A stretch of DNA of 57,988 bases from NCBI GenBank assembly GCA_964555115.1, contig CAZKRH010000172.1:1-57988 (forward strand), read 5' to 3'. The position numbers and the translations under genes were made by a program. This document shows positions 27,554-37,798 of this stretch, one piece after another. How positions within the stretch are numbered: position 1 is the first letter of the stretch; each line of letters begins with the position of its first letter. The notes beneath the pieces are model-generated. The model did not search any database and had not been told where the DNA came from. It was given only the letters and a program-made list of their open reading frames with translations. The DNA is from an uncultured Nitrospiraceae bacterium. GTDB taxonomy: Bacteria > Nitrospirota > Nitrospiria > Nitrospirales > UBA8639.

Positions 27554-28567
27554 TTAAGGAGTTTTTGCACAACGAAATCCAATGGTAGGAGATCGTTTCG
27601 TTGGGAAAGCCCCATTTCTGGTCGCCGCACGCAACAAATGAGATTTACTTCGCCACGATCCTCCCCGAACACTTTTATACCTTCCTGACTCCGGCCCCTG
27701 GGGATTTCGTTTTGGCATGATGGAATAATAATCGGGGCCAAACCAATCTCTGACCCATTCTTTGACATTTCCGGACATGTGACGCAAGCCATAGGGGCTT
27801 TCCCCACTTTCCCAACTATCCACGGCCGCCACCAACGGAATTTGGTGCACATGGTACAACTTAAATACGGCCAAATCGGAATTTGGGTCTTCCCTTCCCC
27901 ATGGAAATAATTTGCCTTCTGTTCCCCGAGCTGCTTTTTCCCATTCTGCTTCTGTTGGCAGGCGTTTACCTTTGGCTTGACAAAAACTTTTGGCCTCCTC
28001 CCATGTCACAAACAACGCTGGCCACCGGGTCATGACATAATCTGGTAGAGAATGGACATCAATCAAATGCCAAATGAGATAGCGAAGAGGATCAGGCACA
28101 GAACGGTTTTGCGTCTGCAAAAATGTTAAATATTCCCCTAAACTTACTTCATCACGATCAATCTCAAAGAGATCTAACCAAATCGGTTGTTGTGGGAATT
28201 CCGTATCATCATATTGTCTTTCTAAACTAAATTGCTCATGGTCGCGACGAACCGTCCCCATCAGGAAATTTCCCTCGGGAATACGAATCATGGGAGAGGG
28301 TTGGGCCAAGCGAGCAATATCGGACAGATGAGGTTCTAATGCTGGAGGAGGCTCTTCCATTTCCATGGAAAACGCAGGTCCATTCCCTAGTCCAATTATT
28401 CCCCATAGCACCACGTTCATGGCACTGTTACCCATCAACCCACCAACCTTTCCCCAATATCCTGGCTGGGGATTATCTAATATTTTTCTAGTAAAAAATT
28501 TCTTCGTTACTTTCATCACATCCTTTACCTTCATGTTGAGAATCATGTTGCCATGAGGAGAGCACAA
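27554..28567 (-). CDS. formylglycine-generating-enzyme (SUMF1/FGE-sulfatase) domain protein, membrane anchored
   Basis: It contains 'RLPTEAEWEKAARG', 'GNVKEWVRDW', 'RGGSWRS' and 'IGFRCA'. The start is probably an internal Met. Confidence 0.8.
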   Translation of the reverse strand: MCSPHGNMILNMKVKDVMKVTKKFFTRKILDNPQPGYWGKVGGLMGNSAMNVVLWGIIGLGNGPAFSMEMEEPPPALEPHLSDIARLAQPSPMIRIPEGNFLMGTVRRDHEQFSLERQYDDTEFPQQPIWLDLFEIDRDEVSLGEYLTFLQTQNRSVPDPLRYLIWHLIDVHSLPDYVMTRWPALFVTWEEAKSFCQAKGKRLPTEAEWEKAARGTEGKLFPWGREDPNSDLAVFKLYHVHQIPLVAAVDSWESGESPYGLRHMSGNVKEWVRDWFGPDYYSIMPKRNPQGPESGRYKSVRGGSWRSKSHLLRAATRNGAFPTKRSPTIGFRCAKTP

Positions 28568-28577
28568 CCTAATCCCC

Positions 28578-29300
28578 TTACCTTTTCTTTCTTGCCGCTA
28601 ACCGTTTTAACAATATGGCCTTTTTCTTGAGAACATATTGGCTATTTTCATGTGGACGATAATGAAGGGGCCGAGGGATCACCGCAGCCAATCGAACTCC
28701 TTCTTCTCGTGAAAGTTGTTTCGTCGTCTTATGAAAATACTGTTGCGCTGCAGCCTCAATCCCAAATATTCCAGGACCCCATTCAATGATATTAAGATAC
28801 ACCTCCAAAATTCGTGGTTTATCGAGTTTCGCTTCCATCCAGAAGGCCATGAGCATTTCTCGAAATTTTCGCATGGGAGTTTTCGCCGTCGACAGGTATA
28901 AATTTTTGGCGACCTGTTGCGTAATGGTACTCCCACCTCTGGCAAATCCCCCCTTTTTGAGATTGGTCTGAGTGGACTCCCATACTTCATGCCAGTCTAC
29001 TCCATGGTGGGAAAAAAATGCCCCATCTTCTCCGACAATAACCGCTTGACGAACATGTTGAGGGATGTTGGACAAAGGCATCCATGTGTGACGAATCTTT
29101 AGCTTGTGGCCCTCACGGTTTGCAGCCTCTTCACGGTGAAGCATCAGTGCACTTTTTTGAGGATTCTCTACTCGTAATTGCGCAATCCTTCCATAAGGAA
29201 TCGTGAGAATTTCCGTAAGAATATAGGCCATCCCCAATAGGCACAATGCCTTGAATTTATGTTGTTTGGCCCATGTCACCATACGGTTTTTTCGTTTCAT
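28578..29300 (-). CDS. mtgA: monofunctional biosynthetic peptidoglycan transglycosylase
   Basis: GT51 motifs are present: 'EDGAFFSHHGVDW', 'GGSTITQQVAKNL', 'RKFREM' and 'KPRILEVYLNIIEWG'. Confidence 0.9.
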   Translation of the reverse strand: MKRKNRMVTWAKQHKFKALCLLGMAYILTEILTIPYGRIAQLRVENPQKSALMLHREEAANREGHKLKIRHTWMPLSNIPQHVRQAVIVGEDGAFFSHHGVDWHEVWESTQTNLKKGGFARGGSTITQQVAKNLYLSTAKTPMRKFREMLMAFWMEAKLDKPRILEVYLNIIEWGPGIFGIEAAAQQYFHKTTKQLSREEGVRLAAVIPRPLHYRPHENSQYVLKKKAILLKRLAARKKR

Positions 29301-29596
29301 GTTCTCTTCAACATCACACCCACAATCCGTGCCACCCCTAGCGTGTTCAACCTAACACCCAAATCACCCAATCGATTACCCTACACGGGGTAGAACCTCT
29401 TGCCAATATTCTCCTTGAGTCTCTCAACCATTCGACTTCCCTGCAAATCTTCGGTACTCCTGTTTGTTCTACTTCCTGCTTTCCTCTGTTTCGTGGGATA
29501 ATGACTCATCATGCTCAATACATTCACCAAAACTCGGGTCCCATTCACCCTCTATAAAACGATTCCCTTCCATCCTTATCCATTCGGAGTTTTCGC

Positions 29597-30601
29597 ATGA
29601 TGAAGGCTATGGTGCTAGACCACGAAGCCGATATCAGGACTTCCCCCCTCTCTCCTCGCGAAATTCCCCTTCCTAAACCTGGCCCAGGTCAGGTTCGGGT
29701 CAAAGTCAGTGTCTGTGGAGTGTGCCGAACAGACTTACATGTGGTGGAGGGAGAATTACCTGCGCTCACCCGCCCCATTATTCCTGGTCATGAGACCATT
29801 GGGTATGTCGACCAAATCGGGTCGGGAGTGACCCGAATACAAGAAGGTGATCGTGTTGGAATCGCTTGGCTTCAAGACACCTGTGGCTCTTGCGAATTCT
29901 GTCAGTCCAGCCGAGAAAATCTGTGTTCTCATGCCAAGTTTTCCGGTTACCACCTTCATGGCGGCTACGCAGAGTATGCTCTAGTGTCTGAATCATTTGC
30001 CTATCCCATCCCATCACTCTTTACAGACCAGGAAGCCGCTCCCCTTCTCTGTGCGGGAATTATTGGCTATCGAGCCTTAAAACGAAGTCAGATTAAACCA
30101 GGACAGCGGCTAGGACTGTATGGGTTTGGAGCTTCGGCGCATATTACTATTCAGATTGCTCGCCACTGGGGATGCTCGGTCTATGTCTCTTCTTTACACG
30201 AAAAGCATCGGACCCTTGCTCATGAGTTAGGAGCAGCATGGGTAGGAGGACCTGGGGAAATTCCCCCCGACAAATTGCAGGGGGCAATAATTTTTGCTCC
30301 GGCGGGTGAATTGGTTCCTCCCGCCCTAGAAGCCTTGGATAAAGGAGGGACCGTTGCGCTGGCGGGGATTTATATGACGGATATTCCTTCTTTACACTAC
30401 CATCGTCATCTTTTTCATGAGCATACCTTACAAAGTGTCACCGCTAACACGAAACAAGATGGACTGGACCTTTTCCAGGAGGCTTCGGACATTCCCATAC
30501 GGACCTCGACACAATGTTTTCCACTGGAAGGCGCCAACCTCGCCCTTCAACAATTAAAGGCTGGAACCATCAACGGCGCGGCTGTGCTGACAGTTTCCTG
30601 A
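29597..30601 (+). CDS. zinc-dependent alcohol dehydrogenase family protein
   Basis: It has 'CGVCRTDLH', 'GHETIG', the structural-Zn cysteines (CGSCEFC...C) and the NAD fold GFGASAH. Confidence 0.85.
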   Translation: MMKAMVLDHEADIRTSPLSPREIPLPKPGPGQVRVKVSVCGVCRTDLHVVEGELPALTRPIIPGHETIGYVDQIGSGVTRIQEGDRVGIAWLQDTCGSCEFCQSSRENLCSHAKFSGYHLHGGYAEYALVSESFAYPIPSLFTDQEAAPLLCAGIIGYRALKRSQIKPGQRLGLYGFGASAHITIQIARHWGCSVYVSSLHEKHRTLAHELGAAWVGGPGEIPPDKLQGAIIFAPAGELVPPALEALDKGGTVALAGIYMTDIPSLHYHRHLFHEHTLQSVTANTKQDGLDLFQEASDIPIRTSTQCFPLEGANLALQQLKAGTINGAAVLTVS

Positions 30602-30758
30602 AACCCTGGTCAGGGATTGAAGTTTCTGTTTGGGTGCACATTAATTCTCTACTCCCGGGACACCCACCCGACTCTTTCTCATTTTTATGGGGAATGGGGG
30701 TCTACTAGTAAACGAGGGGACAACATAACAGGAGGAATTGAAAACTTCAGGAAGCGAT

Positions 30759-31139
30759 TTAGTGGGCCAACGCCTGAGCGACGGCTGAAATAATTTCACC
30801 AAAGTTTGGGGGTTTTTCTAATACGGCACGTGCACCTGCCCGAAGCGCCCGGTCTCTTTCAGCCATGCTTAGGTCTCCTGTAAAGAAGATGACTGGGGGA
30901 TTCTTTCCACCTTTTTCTGCTAACTTTTCCAAGAATTCCACGCCATTGAGAACAGGCATTCGATTGTCAGTAATCACTAAATCAAAATGTTCATGCTCTA
31001 AATATTCCAAAGCCTCCGCACCGTTTTCGGCTTCTTTGCAATGATAGCCCTGCGATTCTAATACCGCACGAAGCGTGCTTCTTACAGCCACTTCATCATC
31101 AACCAGGAGCACCTCTCCTCTTGGTACGTTCTCTTCCAT
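30759..31139 (-). CDS. single-domain response regulator (CheY-like)
   Basis: The receiver motifs LLVDDE, DLVITDNRMP and the K in LEKP are present. There is no output domain. It is a paralog of 45610..46002. Confidence 0.85.
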   Translation of the reverse strand: MEENVPRGEVLLVDDEVAVRSTLRAVLESQGYHCKEAENGAEALEYLEHEHFDLVITDNRMPVLNGVEFLEKLAEKGGKNPPVIFFTGDLSMAERDRALRAGARAVLEKPPNFGEIISAVAQALAH

Positions 31140-31506
31140 GCTTTGGTTCCCCCCTAAAGAGGCCTTTGACGTGAATTAGGCTCATTCTCCTATTTGTTGC
31201 CCCATCAGCGTCAATAACCCAAAAGAGGGGGTACCCCCCCCTACATTCCGGAAGGCTTGTGGTTGGAATTTGGCCTTAATAGCCAACTATTTCAAAAAAA
31301 CCAGGGGAGGTGGTGGTCCTTGGATGCCTTTGTGAGGAAAATCTGAAGTTTCAAGGAAGGCGACACATTAAAAGGAACAAGGGTATGGAAGGGGTTCATC
31401 CTGAGAGCAGGAAAAGCAGACCGCTCTCATGCCGGTTTTTTTGCCAAAAGACCGAAATGACAACAGCAGACAGAAGCTCATACAGAGCAGGAAAATTTCT
31501 AGCCCC

Positions 31507-32391
31507 CTAAAGTTGTTCGTTGGAAGATCGGCGCAGGGAACTGGCTAACCCCATGAAGGAGAGGGTATAGATTAACCATTTGGACGGATCAAAATTGTAC
31601 CAGCGTGGGCCATTTCGGTAATCACTTTGATACATGTGATGGTAATTATGGTACCCCTCACCGAACGTAAGAAGAGAAACAAACCAACTATCTCTACTTG
31701 AATCTTGGGTACCATGGGGTTGGTTTCCCCAAATATGGCAGACTGAATTGATACAAAATGTAGAATTCAAGACGAAAAAGGTTCGGCCTAACCCGGCCAA
31801 CAGAAAACATCCCAGTCCGCCTATCCAGCCGTCGTACATAAACCCAATAAAAAATGGCAAAATGAGCCCGGATAGAATAATGGGCACGTAATATTTATCT
31901 TGCCACATCACAACGGGATCTTGTTTCAGACGGGACGCATACTTTTCATCCTTATGAGGATCCTTCCAAAATAGCCACCCACAATGGCTATACCAAAAGC
32001 CCAACTTGGCATTGTAGGGATCTTCTTCCTGATCACAGCGTGCATGATGTCGAATGTGATCAGCAGCCCACTTAAGGACTGAATTTTCCAAGGCTAGCCC
32101 ACCTGCAATCAGTAAGATTCGCTTGACCCAATCAGGACAATTAAAACTCCGATGGGCGCACAGCCTATGGTATCCCACGGTAATTCCTAAACCCGAACAG
32201 ATATAGAGAAAGACAAACAGGCTCCAATCGACCCATGAATAGTCATAGAAGTAGGCAAACATTGGTAATCCAATTATGGCCCCTACATTCACAAGAGAAA
32301 ATAAAATGGTTGTTAGATAAGCAAATGGTCTTTCCGGGACAGCTTCCCCAGACAACGAATCAGTGGTCATAATCTCAATTCCTCTTCCCAA
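31507..32391 (-). CDS. acyl-CoA/acyl-lipid delta-9-type fatty acid desaturase
   Basis: Three His boxes are present (HRLCAHR, HIRHHA, HNYHH), with TM pairs. Confidence 0.9.
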   Translation of the reverse strand: MGRGIEIMTTDSLSGEAVPERPFAYLTTILFSLVNVGAIIGLPMFAYFYDYSWVDWSLFVFLYICSGLGITVGYHRLCAHRSFNCPDWVKRILLIAGGLALENSVLKWAADHIRHHARCDQEEDPYNAKLGFWYSHCGWLFWKDPHKDEKYASRLKQDPVVMWQDKYYVPIILSGLILPFFIGFMYDGWIGGLGCFLLAGLGRTFFVLNSTFCINSVCHIWGNQPHGTQDSSRDSWFVSLLTFGEGYHNYHHMYQSDYRNGPRWYNFDPSKWLIYTLSFMGLASSLRRSSNEQL

Positions 32392-32949
32392 CTATACCGT
32401 TACAATTAAATAAATTTCTTGGTCAATGCCCATTATCCTCAGGGGTATTCCTATCCCCATTTTTTTCCCTTACCTTTGTGTTTCGGCATCTTCCCAAGAC
32501 TATTGATTCCAGGCCACATGACTGAGAACCTGAACCTGTCTCCCATAGCCTATCACCTGTCTATTTGGAATCCCTCGTTTTAGATTAGGTGAAGTTTTGG
32601 GAAGATATCACGATTTTTCTTAAGGTAAGTCCTTTTAGAATACCTTGGAGCATGTTGATTGTAAAGTCAAAAGATCTTTGGTGCTTTCTTTTTCTCCTTA
32701 ACTTTCCTAGGTTGAACTACTCTTTTCTTACACTCCATCCGGGTATATACAACACTATTTCCGACTAGACTGCCCGAGATATCTGTTCAATCACCTAAGG
32801 TATTTAACGAGGGTCCCTTGTTCAACATTAACATTTCCCCAAAATGGGTCTAAGGCAAGGGGGAGCTCGGGAAAAGCCAACGTGAAACTCTCCTCAGTCC
32901 AGTTGGCTCGGTTCAGCCATCCACCTGACACTTTCCACGAGATAATCAT

Positions 32950-35130
32950 TTAAGGAATTTCGCCGATTGGAATCGCATTGGGTAAAGAAGATGCCTCTTG
33001 GCTCGGCACATGGAACGATGTGGAAAAATTCACAAAAAATAGGGTTCCTTCCCCTACCACACTTTTCACTTCTATCGATCCACCATGAGCTTGCACGATC
33101 TGCCGAACGATGGTTAATCCTATCCCAGTCCCTTCCCGTTCCTGGTTTTCATGCTTCGTGGTAAAATAGGGTTCAAAAATAAACTCCAGTTCTTTTTCCG
33201 GAATCCCCTTTCCATTATCCTTCACCACCACTTGGACGAAATTTTTTCCAGATACTCTTTTTTGATGTTGCGTGGACAGGGAAATGACTCCCCCTTCCTC
33301 CCCCAGCGAATCGATCGCGTTGGAAATCAGGTTAAGGAACACCTGTTGGATTTGTTGTCGGTCAAGAGACAAAAGGGGAATGTCGAAGCCGTAATATTCT
33401 GCGATCTGAATGGCTTTCCCATTCACATTTAATTTACTCGCATTCACACATGCCTCGAGGATCTCATTGAGATTTTCAAGCTGGAGATGAAGGGACCTCT
33501 GTTCGGAATAATCTAAAATCTCTTGGGTAAGACGTTCAATTCTCGCGATATCGTCCGTAACAATTTTCCCAAACTTTCGAAGAAACTCATGATTTCCCAC
33601 ACGCTTGGGGGCCAATTGGACAAAGGTCTTTATGGACGTCAGAGGATTGCGGACTTCGTGAGCAAACCCACCAGCCATGATTTCCAAAGACTGTAAACGG
33701 TGCGTTCGTTCCATTAAAGATTGAGTCTGCTTGAGGTCCTGGTACATCATGGCATTATCCAACGCAATGGCCGCATTGTGCGATAAAGAAGTAAAGAGCT
33801 GGATCTCATCGGGGGAATACTGACGATGATCTTGCCGACTCCCTAGGGTGCAAAATCCAATGAGTCGATTCTTGTTATTGATGAATGGCACACACACTTC
33901 CGTATGTAACAATCGCACACTGTCAAGAACTGAAACCGACCCGTGACCTCTTCGAACATGTTCTACTTCTTCTCGAACTAAGGACTTGTGGAATTTTCTG
34001 AGCCACAGAGGCAAATCCTCACCAACAGAAATCCGTGCTGGTGCAGAAGGGGGCAGTTGTGACCCCGCAATCGAGACGGGGGAATACGCCGCTTTACTCT
34101 CATCTAATGTGTAGAGGATTGCATGTTGAACTCCCAACACTTTTACCAAGGTTTGGACGATTTCATCCGTCAAAATTTTAAAATCTAAAATTCCCACCAA
34201 CGCTTTTGAAAAATTCGAAATGGTTTGGACGGTATCATACCGCCTTTTAAACAAGGTTCGCTTGAGGGCTTCCTCAGTCCGAAGTTTGATGGAATAGGCC
34301 CCAAATACCACCAAAAGAAACGTCAGGAGGAGGATGGCGGAAAAGGGATAACTGATGGACCCGAAATAAGTTTGTTGTGCCCAAAGGAGAAATCCATAGG
34401 CCGGAACTGTCGCCATCAACACCAGGGCCAAATAGGCAATACTTTTTTCAAACGCCAAAGAAATATCCATGAACCGGTATCGGACAATCGCATAGGCCAT
34501 GACCACCGGATACACAGCAATAGCGAAATGTCCCCAGGGGTAGAGATCAAGGCCAAAAATTGGCAGGAACCCTAGTGAACCCCCGGAATACCCAATTGCT
34601 GTGGCCAGGAAAAAATACTGTACCTGACTACGCTTGATGTCCGTTGAATGACGATAGGCCTGGATGAGCAACGCATGGCTGTACAGGATGAGCCCCAGCC
34701 ATAGAATGGTGAAAAACGATACGAGTAGGAAACCGGGCTTTGGGTAATAAAAGGAAGAAAACGTCAACCGAACGCTGGAGAAAAACTGATCTGACAAAAG
34801 AATACAAGGGAAAAACCCAACCCCAGCTATGTAACAGGATTGCAACAAGCGAGGTTTATGGATTTGACAAAATACACAGACAAAATGAAAAAATAATATC
34901 GGAATCCACACCACACAGAAGGCAAAAGATAGACGCCACGCCCAAAGCGCCATGACCGGGTCAGATTCTAAGGCGATCCAGGTTGACCCAATTCCCCACC
35001 CACCGACCATGGTCATAAAAGCAAACCAAATCTGATTCATTCTCCGGTTGGGGTTGGCCCAACATACGAAAAAGCCGAATAAGAGTGAACTCACCCCTGT
35101 TAAGATTCCTGCGACTGCAAAAGCATTCAT
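32950..35130 (-). CDS. sensor histidine kinase: N-terminal 7TM domain, GAF, HisKA, HATPase_c
   Basis: About seven N-terminal TM helices are followed by a GAF-like region, an H-box (FAHEVRNPL), an N-box (NLISNAID) and G-boxes (DNGKGI, GTGIGL). The start is set at ATG 35130 (MNAFAVAG); the 32 upstream codons of the track ORF run into MITE family 1. Confidence 0.85.
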   Translation of the reverse strand: MNAFAVAGILTGVSSLLFGFFVCWANPNRRMNQIWFAFMTMVGGWGIGSTWIALESDPVMALWAWRLSFAFCVVWIPILFFHFVCVFCQIHKPRLLQSCYIAGVGFFPCILLSDQFFSSVRLTFSSFYYPKPGFLLVSFFTILWLGLILYSHALLIQAYRHSTDIKRSQVQYFFLATAIGYSGGSLGFLPIFGLDLYPWGHFAIAVYPVVMAYAIVRYRFMDISLAFEKSIAYLALVLMATVPAYGFLLWAQQTYFGSISYPFSAILLLTFLLVVFGAYSIKLRTEEALKRTLFKRRYDTVQTISNFSKALVGILDFKILTDEIVQTLVKVLGVQHAILYTLDESKAAYSPVSIAGSQLPPSAPARISVGEDLPLWLRKFHKSLVREEVEHVRRGHGSVSVLDSVRLLHTEVCVPFINNKNRLIGFCTLGSRQDHRQYSPDEIQLFTSLSHNAAIALDNAMMYQDLKQTQSLMERTHRLQSLEIMAGGFAHEVRNPLTSIKTFVQLAPKRVGNHEFLRKFGKIVTDDIARIERLTQEILDYSEQRSLHLQLENLNEILEACVNASKLNVNGKAIQIAEYYGFDIPLLSLDRQQIQQVFLNLISNAIDSLGEEGGVISLSTQHQKRVSGKNFVQVVVKDNGKGIPEKELEFIFEPYFTTKHENQEREGTGIGLTIVRQIVQAHGGSIEVKSVVGEGTLFFVNFSTSFHVPSQEASSLPNAIPIGEIP

Positions 35131-35187
35131 TTTTGAACCAACCTCATCACCGTGAACATGTGCGGATTCAAACCAATAGCCCGCCTT

Positions 35188-35368
35188 AGGACCTGAGAGA
35201 AAATAACTTGGACCATATCGCGCCAAGAATTGGGTCGGATTTGGACAGAACGATTGAGAAAAACCCGAGGCATAACACAGCTATGGTGAGGGTATTTCGA
35301 TTGAGGCCCGGTCAAAGATGGCCCGAAGATTGGATGCGAGATGTCCAAATTATTTTCTCTCAGGTCCT
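35188..35368 (-). mobile_element. MITE family 1, copy 2 (inverted relative to copy 1)
   Basis: It has the same 26-bp TIRs (one mismatch). By eye it shows roughly a dozen mismatches over 181 bp against the reverse complement of copy 1. Confidence 0.85.
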
Positions 35369-35428
35369 TAGGAGAGGATATTATGAGCTAATCTTAAAAA
35401 AGAGGCCACCAAAAATGATTCTCCTATT

Positions 35429-35599
35429 GGCCTGTTGAAAAAATCCACAATGGCGTGCTCTGAGTTAGTCGCTGGTTGCTCGTTGCTGGTCGCTAGTATT
35501 TTAGGATCTTGCACTTCCTATTTTTCTAGCAACGAGAGACGAGCAACAAGCTACAAATCCCATGTTTTCTGTTTATGTGGCCTTGTTGAACCGTCCCTG
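35429..35599 (-). mobile_element. MITE family 2 copy
   Basis: Its reverse complement aligns along its whole length with 15608..15779 (CAGGGACGGTTCAACAAGGCC ... GGATTTTTTCAACAGG). Confidence 0.75.
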
Positions 35600-35871
35600 T
35601 TCCTTCCGCATTTTTAAATCTTGTGTTAATCCAACCTGCTATCGAGGAAAATTTTTGTTATTCCGCAACTTCCCCTTTTAAAAAACAGGAGTCCCCAGAA
35701 TATCGCCACTGACATGGCAAATCTACCGCATTCGAACTTATATTTTCCGTGATAGATCGAGGAACTTTGAGGAGGAGAGAAAAACGAGAAAGGATTTATT
35801 AAAAAATCGGTGACCTGCCCTGCTTACACACATTACATGGGAGGCCACCGATTTATTCCCTTCTCAAAGAA

Positions 35872-36672
35872 TCAGGCTGCATATTCGTGGGGGCTCACAC
35901 TGACTCCCTTTGTTGGAGAAAAATGTTTGTAGCACGCTTCCAAGGCCATGAGAAAGTATTCCATACTTCGTTGAGCCACCTGGGTCACGTTGCGTTTCAT
36001 GTCTTCGTGTAATGTCGACCGCTTGATGATTTCTAAGGCTTCCAGTGGATGAGCTTCATCATATCGGGAATGATTGTTCATCCACGCACATGCACGTTTA
36101 GATAATCGAATGCCATATCGTCCGTCATATTTTGGAAACCCTTTCAATACCTCCCGAGCAATACCTTGAGTCGTTCCTTCAACCGCATAGGTCATGGCAC
36201 TCATACTTTCCGCTAAACTTCCACGGAGGTTGATAGACCACATAAAATGAGTCAGCGCTTCCACTTCGGGAATGACTTGGGTCGCATCCAGTTCTTCTCC
36301 ACTGATCCCAAAAGCTTCGGTCATCTGTCTCCATTGCTTGGCATGCCATTTTTCAATTCGAACATTATCAATCAAAATTTCCCGAGAGAGGGCATCGGGG
36401 GCTTTGGCGATATTGAGAGCGATCCACTGCGGGAATGTTTCAATGAAAGGATACAGTTGAATAAGCCACCCTCGCATTTGACAGAGAGATAACACCCCTC
36501 TTGAAGTTTCCTCTACCAGCCGACATTGCCAGACCCGCTTTTGGTACGGCTCCACATCCTTGATATAATCCTTTATCCAGTCTGGATGAGGAGAAAAGTG
36601 ATGTTTAGAACTTTTACTGAGCACTTGCCCAGTCGGAGCATAGGTAGGATGTAGATGCCCGACGGATGACAT
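35872..36672 (-). CDS. heme-oxygenase-like diiron enzyme family protein (TenA/PqqC/CADD-like)
   Basis: The protein is all-helical with the ligand pattern E (FIETF), ExxH (EKWH), E (AVEGT) and HxxxDxxH (HSRYDEAH). Confidence 0.6.
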   Translation of the reverse strand: MSSVGHLHPTYAPTGQVLSKSSKHHFSPHPDWIKDYIKDVEPYQKRVWQCRLVEETSRGVLSLCQMRGWLIQLYPFIETFPQWIALNIAKAPDALSREILIDNVRIEKWHAKQWRQMTEAFGISGEELDATQVIPEVEALTHFMWSINLRGSLAESMSAMTYAVEGTTQGIAREVLKGFPKYDGRYGIRLSKRACAWMNNHSRYDEAHPLEALEIIKRSTLHEDMKRNVTQVAQRSMEYFLMALEACYKHFSPTKGVSVSPHEYAA

Positions 36673-37143
36673 TGGAAACCTCCATAAAAATGCATGAATA
36701 ACAATGAATTAATCCTTGTCCCGATCTGTGTTCTTTCATGTCTTCTATGGCAAATCCTCTGCCAAGATTTGGCAAGACTTGGCCCAATTTCAATCTCACG
36801 GCCGATAGATTCAATTTCCGAATCTGAAAGAATTTCAATAACTTGGATGGAAACTGAGAGCTTCAGGACATTACTAGCTTCCTAAAGAATGGAGAAGAAA
36901 ATGTAAGGAAATTTGACGGACGTCAGGATTTTGACAGAGTGGGAGGGCAAAAAGTGTGAGATTTCCAACCAAGGCGTCAATTTTCCCAACAGGGAAGAGT
37001 GAACACCATGCATCAATTACAAAAAGTTTCTTTTTCCCCTTAATGAAATCTTCTGTTAGGGACAGACATATGTAGATAAAAAGTTTATCGTGACCATTCA
37101 GTCAAGTCAAAATAGGAAACCCCATCACCTCAAGCCATTTTGT

Positions 37144-37488
37144 TTACTCCATCTCAACGAGTTCAGGATCTTGGGGAGCATCGACATTCGTTAATTTTTC
37201 ACGAAATTTTTTGATTTCCGCTTCGACGGCTTGAAAAACCAATCGAATGGCTTCCTCAAAGGTCTCCGCCTCCTTTCTCGCCGTCAGGGTATGTCTTGGG
37301 GGAACGGTTAAGACAATGAGAGCTTCTGCGTTATCCTTTCCTTTTTTGTGATGGGCATTCTTCGTGAGGGTCACCCGTGCATGAGTAATATTATTGACTC
37401 CATTTTGCACCGTGACCATTCGTTCTTGAATCTGTTGAGTCCAACGGGGAGTCATGCCCACATTCCTGGAGTCGATTTTTAAATCCAT
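37144..37488 (-). CDS. hpf: ribosome hibernation-promoting factor / RaiA family (short form)
   Basis: The S30AE pattern is present ('MDLKIDSRNVGMTPRWTQQIQERM...ARVTLTK......AEALI......LTARKEAETFEEAIRLVFQAVEAEIKKFREK'). GGAGG lies 5 nt upstream of the ATG at 37488. Confidence 0.8.
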   Translation of the reverse strand: MDLKIDSRNVGMTPRWTQQIQERMVTVQNGVNNITHARVTLTKNAHHKKGKDNAEALIVLTVPPRHTLTARKEAETFEEAIRLVFQAVEAEIKKFREKLTNVDAPQDPELVEME

Positions 37489-37798
37489 GTCTCCTCCTTT
37501 CACTTAACCTTATACCCATATTGGTTTCCCTAGTAACATTGTACCCCAAAAAAGGTCCTTTCTTAAAGAATTCTGTTCATTTTACCAGGAGAAGCTTTTG
37601 ATTTTCCTCTTTCTCAATTACCATCACACTGAAAATGAACACCTTTGAGCAACGAAATGGAAATTTCCCTCAAAAATACCCAAGTTTTTGACGGAAATCC
37701 CACGGCTTCACTTATTTTCCTATTGCTACCCTGAACAACATTCAAGTACCATTGGCCCCATCATTTTCCAACCTTCTTTATCCGTTGAAGGAGTCCTT

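Noticed and set aside
27520-27852. 110-aa minus ORF overlapping the end of the FGE-domain gene
   Set aside because: It is an alternative frame of a gene with clear FGE motifs (RGGSW, FRCA).
35131-35226. 32-codon N-terminal extension of the histidine kinase
   Set aside because: It runs into the family 1 MITE. The Met at 35130 precedes the first TM helix directly.
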